A stretch of 64,000 nucleotides of DNA from an uncultured Actinomycetota bacterium (GTDB taxonomy: Bacteria; Actinomycetota; Aquicultoria; JACQXZ01; CAYGBL01): assembly GCA_964348135.1 (NCBI GenBank), contig CAYGBL010000001.1:22-64021 (forward strand), in the 5' to 3' direction. A program made the translations under genes and the position numbers. Positions 57,930 to 64,000 of this stretch are shown one piece after another; within the stretch, counting starts at the first letter, position 1, and each line of letters begins with the position of its first letter. Under the pieces are notes generated by a model. It had not been told where the DNA came from, made no database searches, and worked only from the letters and a program-made list of their open reading frames with translations.

Positions 57930-59345
57930 TCATAAATCTGAAAGCTCGTTGTTTATAAGGTTGCGCTTCAGGACAAAGTTGCCTTCAAGTCCGGTGACTT
58001 CGACTGAGTCAACGGCAATTAACTTTTTTTGTTCAGGATCTATATAAAGAAGGCTAAAAGTGAAGTTCAACTTCTGCGGCTTATCACCTTGAAACACACG
58101 TATTCCCGTTGCTCCAGTACTTCCAGCATTGATTATGATGGTCTTGCCTTTCTTCTCAATACCCGGTTTGTGTGTATGACCAGCAAGAACAATAGGAATT
58201 TTACCGGTTACTCTTTCAGCCATACGCAGGTCATGGACGGCCACGATTAGTGGTTTTGATTTCAAAGAGGATATCTGCTGTTCTACTTTATTCGTAAATT
58301 TTTTCATTTCCGGGTCAGGAACTGATTCAACAGTTATATCCATAGAGCTTGGATCTTCTTTCCCGTAGACAAGTATTCCTTGCAAGTTGGTAGTGCCGCC
58401 ATCAAGAACAGTTACGTTTGGCAATTCCTTCATAGTGTTAATAACTGCGGGGGAGTCGTGATTCCCCGGAATATAAATATATGAGCGGTTAAAGTTTTGC
58501 AATTGATTTAACAGAGATGCCTCAACAGGAGTCCCAAAGTCGGTTATGTCCCCTGTATCAATTACGAAATCAACGCGGAAATCTCTACTCACCCTACTTA
58601 TTAAAGAAAAAGCAGTGGGATTATTGTGGATGTCAGATACTACTAGTACTTTTACAGCACCTTTTTCTGGTATAATAGCTTGCCACCCTTCCACTCTTGC
58701 TACGAAGTTGCGAAGATTTCGTGCGATTAGCCTTACATCTTCTCTTAGTGTATCAACAGGATTAAGTCTCTTTTCAATGGCAGTGGCAATCCACGGAGCA
58801 GCTCCTAGTGAGCCACTTAGCCTGGGTTGTGCAAAAGCTTCAACGTTGAACTGAAGATATACTCCGGTCGCTAGAGCGCCGATAGCAAAAACACCGATCA
58901 AAGGAGCGACTATTAATTTCCACCATTTTCTTGTTAAAAGAAGTGAACCCAGTAAACCTCCTATGGCCGCAAACAATACAAGACGTAGAAGGAATCGCTT
59001 TGCTGTCCTGCGCGCATCTATCTCAACTAATTTGAAATAATCGTGCGCTGTATTGTGACTATTTAAAGCTTCTGCAAGTCTAGTTTGATTAACTCCTTCA
59101 ATCTTTACCTCCAACTTTAAGGGAACTTTATGAGTATTTGCCTTTATCGTTCCGAAGGGTGGCAACGAAAGCTCCGTTCTCCCATTTATGCTGGGTAAGA
59201 TCCCTGCTTCAACCTGAATACCGGCTACTTCATAGCTGGTTGGGCTCAGAACTATGGAAACTACCAGCGAGCTTATGACAACTACAATAAACCAGGTAAG
59301 AATGTAAAAAGTCTTCATATTCTTATAATAACATGGTAGCATCAC
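57930..59345 (-). CDS. Membrane-anchored calcineurin-like metallophosphoesterase
   Basis: N-terminal TM segments; C-terminal VVSDIHNN, GDITDFG, IPGNHD, AGHTHKP phosphoesterase motifs. Confidence 0.75.
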   Translation of the reverse strand: MMLPCYYKNMKTFYILTWFIVVVISSLVVSIVLSPTSYEVAGIQVEAGILPSINGRTELSLPPFGTIKANTHKVPLKLEVKIEGVNQTRLAEALNSHNTAHDYFKLVEIDARRTAKRFLLRLVLFAAIGGLLGSLLLTRKWWKLIVAPLIGVFAIGALATGVYLQFNVEAFAQPRLSGSLGAAPWIATAIEKRLNPVDTLREDVRLIARNLRNFVARVEGWQAIIPEKGAVKVLVVSDIHNNPTAFSLISRVSRDFRVDFVIDTGDITDFGTPVEASLLNQLQNFNRSYIYIPGNHDSPAVINTMKELPNVTVLDGGTTNLQGILVYGKEDPSSMDITVESVPDPEMKKFTNKVEQQISSLKSKPLIVAVHDLRMAERVTGKIPIVLAGHTHKPGIEKKGKTIIINAGSTGATGIRVFQGDKPQKLNFTFSLLYIDPEQKKLIAVDSVEVTGLEGNFVLKRNLINNELSDL

Positions 59346-59586
59346 AAAGAGGTAAAATATGGTAAGAAGTTTAAGCTTTTTTAAGCAATTAGATTGAAGT
59401 AATAAGTTCTACCTGGATTAAAAAGCGTTTTAGTCGACACCTGCAAGAGATGGGGCATATTTTCGTTAATAAATCAAGAGTCTTTCCATAGCAAAACAGA
59501 AGTATTAAAATTTCCAACCAAAATGAAAGCTTGCTTACAAATCGTGAACTACTAACTGCTGACTATCAACTATCAACTGCCAACGG

Positions 59587-59865
59587 TCAATTTTTACTTC
59601 TCGCCTCTTCGCAATACACTCCACCCGGAGGAAAATGGCGGCATTGCTCAGGGCGAGCCTCATAGATTCCACATATATTACCTTCCAGAAAAACACAGTC
59701 ACCATTTGGTTCTTCCGGAAGATGACCTTCGGTATCAAAGCGGGCACTAGCTTTATTAAAATCAATATCAAAAAACTTTGCCAGGCGTTTTATATCTCTT
59801 TTATTGAGTTCAACGTGGTCATTCGGGTAACCCCGGCAGCAACTTCCGCATTGTTTACATCTCAT
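59587..59865 (-). CDS. YkgJ-family Cys-cluster (Fe-S/Zn) protein
   Basis: CKQCGSCCRG...CVFLEGNICGIYEARPEQCRHFP matches CxxCxxCC zinc/iron-chelating domain (YkgJ/UPF0153). Confidence 0.75.
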   Translation of the reverse strand: MRCKQCGSCCRGYPNDHVELNKRDIKRLAKFFDIDFNKASARFDTEGHLPEEPNGDCVFLEGNICGIYEARPEQCRHFPPGGVYCEEARSKN

Positions 59866-60157
59866 TGGTCTTACCGATTACCTAATTCCAAACGCCCAAA
59901 GCTAAAGTGGTCTATTAACAATTTGGGTTAACACTTGACTAAATAGAGATGAAGGGGCGAAGGTGAAGCAAGGAGAAGACCGTGTCGGAGCCTCGCTATG
60001 TACCTTCTGGTTAAAGTTTTTGGTTATGCGCGAGGCGAGACTCGAGCGGCGGCTAAGTTTAAATATTGCTGGATTGAGAAGGTGCCGACCGCGTGTCTTC
60101 GACTGCTTTGCCTGAGCAAAATGTGTCAACCTATCTCCTTTATTATTCAGCTAATGG

Positions 60158-60646
60158 TTACATTAGCTTCTTTACTTTTTCAATCTCAAATTGCTCTAAA
60201 CTATGCAAGTGCGCTTCGGAAAGCCATTCAAGACCCAATTCGGAAGCAAGCAACTTACCTTCCTGCTCAAGTTGCGAGAATTGAGAAGTAATTAAATTTA
60301 ACCTGTTATAACTTGCTCTACCCTCTTCGCTAAAATTAAGGAATTTATCTCTAAGATGTGCACTTTCATTATCAAGCTGTCTCAGTTCCTTGTAGATCTT
60401 CAGAAGACGATCGCGCTTTCCCCTCATTTCAATCTCAGACTGTTCCATTTCCAATCTCAAATTTTCAACCTTAAGGCGCGAAGCTTCCAAAGATACAGTG
60501 TGTAGTAACACCTCATGCCCCTTTGTCTCTTTTTTCTCGGCAAGCATATCCTCCATTTGGCGTTCAAGCTCTTTTTCTCTTTTCTCAAGTTCAGCTATAT
60601 TTGTTTTGTTCTCAGCAATCTTAGTTTTTATTTGATGAAGATCCAT
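60158..60646 (-). CDS. Hypothetical coiled-coil protein (162 aa)
   Basis: Heptad-rich charged sequence; no Cys/zinc ribbon; family unassigned. Confidence 0.4.
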   Translation of the reverse strand: MDLHQIKTKIAENKTNIAELEKREKELERQMEDMLAEKKETKGHEVLLHTVSLEASRLKVENLRLEMEQSEIEMRGKRDRLLKIYKELRQLDNESAHLRDKFLNFSEEGRASYNRLNLITSQFSQLEQEGKLLASELGLEWLSEAHLHSLEQFEIEKVKKLM

Positions 60647-60989
60647 TTACATACCCTTTATAGTGGTACCGCGATAAGTTTGCTTTAGCTATTGCATATT
60701 TATTCTTAAAAAAGGGCTACCTTTTTAAATCAAAGATAAACCAAACTTTGTAAATTTTCCAGTATACTAAGCAATATTAATTTTCTTTATTTCCTCATGT
60801 GTGAGTGATAAACCTTTTACCAAGCTAAAAAACTAATTGTCACGAGTTATTTGTGGCAATGACCAGATTCTAACTTTAAAATTTTACTTCCCAAAATAAA
60901 ATAACAATAATTAGAGGAGCTTAAAAATGGCCTTTATGATTATTCCTATGGTAATGTACAATATAGAAACTTAAAGATAGGATGCTTGT

Positions 60990-61286
60990 ATGCTTGAAAC
61001 CATTGCTCTGTTGCTCGTGCTGCTATTCTCCAGTTTATTTCTCTTAATGTGGTATGCAACTATTTATTTTCTGATTAAGCAAGGAACCAGATCATGGAAT
61101 AGAGTGTTGCTGCTATTTCTGATTCTAATTTTGGTTTTATCATCATATTTTTTGCTGTACTACTTTCTAATTCTAAAGTATGGATTCTATAATATTTTAT
61201 ATTTGCTCCTCTTTATCGTACCTCTCCTGGTACTCCTTAGGCTTGTAAGAATTATTTACGGAAAGCGAAAAAAATCTGGAGGATAA
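60990..61286 (+). CDS. Hypothetical Leu-rich small membrane protein (98 aa)
   Basis: ORF with 3 predicted TM helices, weak RBS; could be spurious in AT-rich spacer. Confidence 0.3.
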   Translation: MLETIALLLVLLFSSLFLLMWYATIYFLIKQGTRSWNRVLLLFLILILVLSSYFLLYYFLILKYGFYNILYLLLFIVPLLVLLRLVRIIYGKRKKSGG

Positions 61287-61411
61287 ACCTTTGTTGGTAT
61301 TCTCAATTATTATTAAGATTAAAAATAAAAAATGCTTTTACGAAATATGTGATACCTGAAACAGAATACCATTCGGCTTGTGGTTGTAAGTTTTTATATT
61401 AGTATTTTTGC

Positions 61412-63088
61412 TTAGTCTTTTCTGACAAGGTAGTTACCCATTATCAAATAGTCCATCTCAGTACCCAGGAAGCATTTTAGGGCATCCTCCGGAGTGCACA
61501 CTATAGGTTCTCCTCGCACATTGAAAGAAGTATTGAGGATTAGAGGTATTCCAGTAAGCTTTTTGAATTCAGCGAGCAGCTCCCAGTATAAAGGATTTGC
61601 TGATTTGCTAACTGTTTGGAGTCTGCCAGTTCCATCGACATGACACACAGCTGGAACCTTGCTTCTCTTTTCTTCTTTAATGGGAAGAACCAAGAGCATG
61701 TATGGTGACGGATAATAGCGCTCAAAATATTCGGATGCTTCATCTTCCAGAACTGATGGAGCAAAAGGCCGAAAGGATTCTCTATGTTTTACTCTTTTGT
61801 TCAGGATGTCTTTCATCTCTTCGGGTCTCGGATCTGCCAATATACTTCTGTTACCCAGAGCTCTTGGTCCAACCTCCATTCTCCCTTGAAGCCATCCAAT
61901 AATCTTGCTATCCGCAAGTAATTTGGCTCCTACTGCAGCAGGGCTGTCAATCTCCTCATATCCAACCTGGTAAGTCCTTATAGTCCCAATGATATCCTTG
62001 TTAGAGTAAAAGGGACCCAGGTATGCATTCTCCATTGCGTAGCTTCTTTTATTGTCCAGAATAGCATGCCAGAGATAAAGCGCTGATCCTAAAGACGTAC
62101 CTGCATCATTTGCCGATGGCTGTATAAAGATGTTCTCAAATGGTGCTGTCTGAAGTATGGTGGTATTCATCACACTATTGAGAGCAACTCCTCCTGCCAG
62201 GCAGAGCGTCTTTTCACCCGTCTCTTGATGGAGTTTATTGGCGAGGAAACAGGCAGTGTCTTCGACTACTTTTTGCAAAGCCCAGGCAATGTTTTCATGT
62301 TTCTCTTCCATTCCGCATTCAGGTTCTCGCGGTTCTCCAAAATGGTCGAGGAACTTTTGAGATACTCCGTATCCACCCTGAAGATGATAGGTAAAGTGGC
62401 TTAGGTCGATTTCGAACTTGCCGTCTTCATTGATTGTGACTATTTTGCGGAAATCCTCGAGAAAGGTAGAACGGCCGTAAGGGGCCAGCCCCATAACTTT
62501 TCCTTCTCCACTGTTAGGTTTAAATCCCAGATAGCCTGTTACAACAGAGTAAAGAGACCCTAAAGAGTGAGGATTTTTAATCATGTCGATAACGTCGATT
62601 CTATTTCGCTGCCCTAATGCGAGGACTGTAGAGAGGTAGTCACCCCCTCTATCTATGGAAAGAATTGCTGCGCGTTCAAAGGGTGATGCAAAGAAGGAAC
62701 TGGCAGCATGTGCTTCATGATGACCCACGAAGACAATTTCATTCTTATATCTGTATTTTCTCTTAAAGTCCACTACTTTCTTAGCTAATTGAAGGTCAAA
62801 GAGTGTTTGACCGGCAAATCGTCTGTATGAAAATGGAAAGCGCTGCACAAAATCTACAAAACCTCTTAGATAATCAATCAGCGGTCTAAAAGGGAAAGTA
62901 ACGTAGTCAAGGTCATTTATGCCAATACCGCCGAATTCCAGGCAAAATCTTATTGCATTGTCAGGAAAAGCCCTGGTGTGTTTCTGTCTGTTGAATCTCT
63001 CTTCCTCTGCAAATGCAACTATCTTACCATCCTTCAATAAAGCTGCAGAAGTATCATGGGAGAAGCAATTTATACCAAGGATATTCAA
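61412..63088 (-). CDS. Carbamoyltransferase (NodU/CmcH family)
   Basis: MNILGINCFSHDTSAALLKDGKIVAFAEEERFNR Kae1/YgjD-like N-terminus and C-terminal carbamoyltransferase domain typical of NodU/CmcH. Confidence 0.85.
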   Translation of the reverse strand: MNILGINCFSHDTSAALLKDGKIVAFAEEERFNRQKHTRAFPDNAIRFCLEFGGIGINDLDYVTFPFRPLIDYLRGFVDFVQRFPFSYRRFAGQTLFDLQLAKKVVDFKRKYRYKNEIVFVGHHEAHAASSFFASPFERAAILSIDRGGDYLSTVLALGQRNRIDVIDMIKNPHSLGSLYSVVTGYLGFKPNSGEGKVMGLAPYGRSTFLEDFRKIVTINEDGKFEIDLSHFTYHLQGGYGVSQKFLDHFGEPREPECGMEEKHENIAWALQKVVEDTACFLANKLHQETGEKTLCLAGGVALNSVMNTTILQTAPFENIFIQPSANDAGTSLGSALYLWHAILDNKRSYAMENAYLGPFYSNKDIIGTIRTYQVGYEEIDSPAAVGAKLLADSKIIGWLQGRMEVGPRALGNRSILADPRPEEMKDILNKRVKHRESFRPFAPSVLEDEASEYFERYYPSPYMLLVLPIKEEKRSKVPAVCHVDGTGRLQTVSKSANPLYWELLAEFKKLTGIPLILNTSFNVRGEPIVCTPEDALKCFLGTEMDYLIMGNYLVRKD

Positions 63089-63129
63089 GGTATTTTCCTC
63101 CTGAAGGAATATTTTGTCGTGCAGTGATT

Positions 63130-64000
63130 CTAATCATTTATGACCTGCTTAAACATCTTATCGAATCCCGGGAAAGAGATACCTACACAGTCAGAATTAC
63201 AAACTACAGTCTTTCCTTCAGCGACTGAGCCTGCAATAGCTAGGGCCATAGCCATACGGTGATCTCCATAACTATTGACCGTAGCACCTTTAAGCTTTAC
63301 GGGTCCCTTGACTATGAATCCATCTTCCTTCTCGGTTATCTCTGCTCCCATTTTGTTGAGTTCTGTGGTAATGGCTGAAATCCGATCAGTCTCTTTGATA
63401 CGGAGTTCCCCTGCTCCCTCAACTGCAGTTACTCCCCGGGCCTGGGTGGCTGCCACTGCTATAATGGGCAGCTCGTCTATAATTTGAGGTATTATTTCAC
63501 TTTTTATGGTTGTCCCATTAAGTGAGCTTGATGCAACGATTAGGTCTGCCCTTGGTTCATTAGCTTGAGAGAACCAGTTAGATTGGTCGATTTTTCCACC
63601 CATTTCTGTAAGGACTTCTATAAGTCCCATTCTAGTTGGATTTACTCCAACTTGCTGAATGTTAATTCGGGAATTGGGGATTATCAGGGCTGCCACTATG
63701 AAAAAAGCCGCTGACGATATATCGCCGGGTATGATTACCTGAGAACCCTTTAGGAAGGTTTTACCAGTGATTGTAGCCGTTTTATCTCCTGTTTCTATCT
63801 GTGCTCCAAAATATTTTAGCATACGCTCAGTATGATCTCTTGAAACGGCCGTTTCGCTCACAGTAGTGAGTCCATCTGCCAGCAGACCGGCAAGGAGAAT
63901 TGCACTCTTGACTTGTGCGCTAGGAACGGGAGTAGCGTAGGAAATTCCGCTGAGGGGTCTTCCGTGAATTTGTATCGGCGCATAGAGATCATCTACAGCA
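63130..64000 (-). CDS. aroA: 3-phosphoshikimate 1-carboxyvinyltransferase (EPSP synthase), N-terminus outside window
   Basis: Frame stays open to window end; upstream in-frame translation ...PVPSAQVKSAILLAGLLADGLTTV... is the canonical AroA motif; ORF-track start 63861 is just the first GTG after the edge. Confidence 0.9.
   Translation of the reverse strand, partial: AVDDLYAPIQIHGRPLSGISYATPVPSAQVKSAILLAGLLADGLTTVSETAVSRDHTERMLKYFGAQIETGDKTATITGKTFLKGSQVIIPGDISSAAFFIVAALIIPNSRINIQQVGVNPTRMGLIEVLTEMGGKIDQSNWFSQANEPRADLIVASSSLNGTTIKSEIIPQIIDELPIIAVAATQARGVTAVEGAGELRIKETDRISAITTELNKMGAEITEKEDGFIVKGPVKLKGATVNSYGDHRMAMALAIAGSVAEGKTVVCNSDCVGISFPGFDKMFKQVIND

Noticed and set aside
57734-57958. 74-aa ORF (MVGVGRFELPTSGPPARCATKLRHTPL...)
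   Set aside because: It is the translation of the complementary strand of tRNA-Pro; 'GRFELPTS' is the classic tRNA T-arm artefact.
59540-59586. Short 7-bp-periodic run (CTATCAA CTATCAA CTGCCAA CGGTCAA) just 3' of ykgJ
   Set aside because: Only ~4 imperfect units; likely simple low-complexity sequence rather than a functional tandem repeat.
1-64000. CRISPR arrays, IS elements/transposases, prophage genes, rRNA
   Set aside because: No regularly spaced direct repeats, no DDE/serine/tyrosine recombinase-like ORFs, no rRNA-like conserved stretches detected on reading through the window.

Overview
Gene-dense, low-GC (roughly 40%) bacterial chromosomal segment with about 60 protein-coding genes and one tRNA. 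I saw no rRNA, CRISPR array, transposase, integrase or phage genes. Most genes are housekeeping, metabolism or signalling. Plus strand holds dUTPase, a CDF transporter, an AmmeMemoRadiSam-type radical SAM enzyme, a CbiMQO-type ECF transporter, DapA, a macro-domain protein, rubrerythrin, an ArsR–permease–thioredoxin-like trio, a Lon-like (COG1067) protease and adenine deaminase. A ~30 kb co-directional minus-strand run covers PadR, apt, an RCK channel, hpt, Mut7-C, MerR, FHA, FdhD, DacB-like, DagK, VanW, DUF881–sbp–DUF881, MBL, PgsA-like, aminotransferase, CorA, archaeal-type PEPC, a PAS/GAF HD-GYP sensor, two glycosyltransferases and an OtsA–OtsB fusion ending at tRNA-Pro. Rubrerythrin, two radical SAM enzymes and FdhD suggest an anaerobe. 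The most unusual features follow. (1) A four-gene two-component operon whose histidine kinase carries a 7–8-Cys module inserted in a PAS domain, with a free-standing 87-aa paralog of that module encoded last in the operon; a related CxxCPV Cys-PAS recurs in the HD-GYP sensor. (2) A ~150 bp intergenic repeat, itself a tandem of ~62-bp units, present at two loci. (3) A secreted protein made of two tandem ~165-aa domains divergent from an ECF sigma/anti-sigma pair. (4) A trehalose/compatible-solute island (GT-A glycosyltransferase, TreT-like GT4, OtsAB) abutting tRNA-Pro, with a second TreT-like paralog next to a radical SAM/SPASM protein. (5) Non-canonical selectivity motifs in CorA (EMN for GMN) and the RCK channel (TVGFRE for TVGYGD). 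Several sub-60-aa ORFs with good ribosome-binding sites are not in the supplied ORF track.
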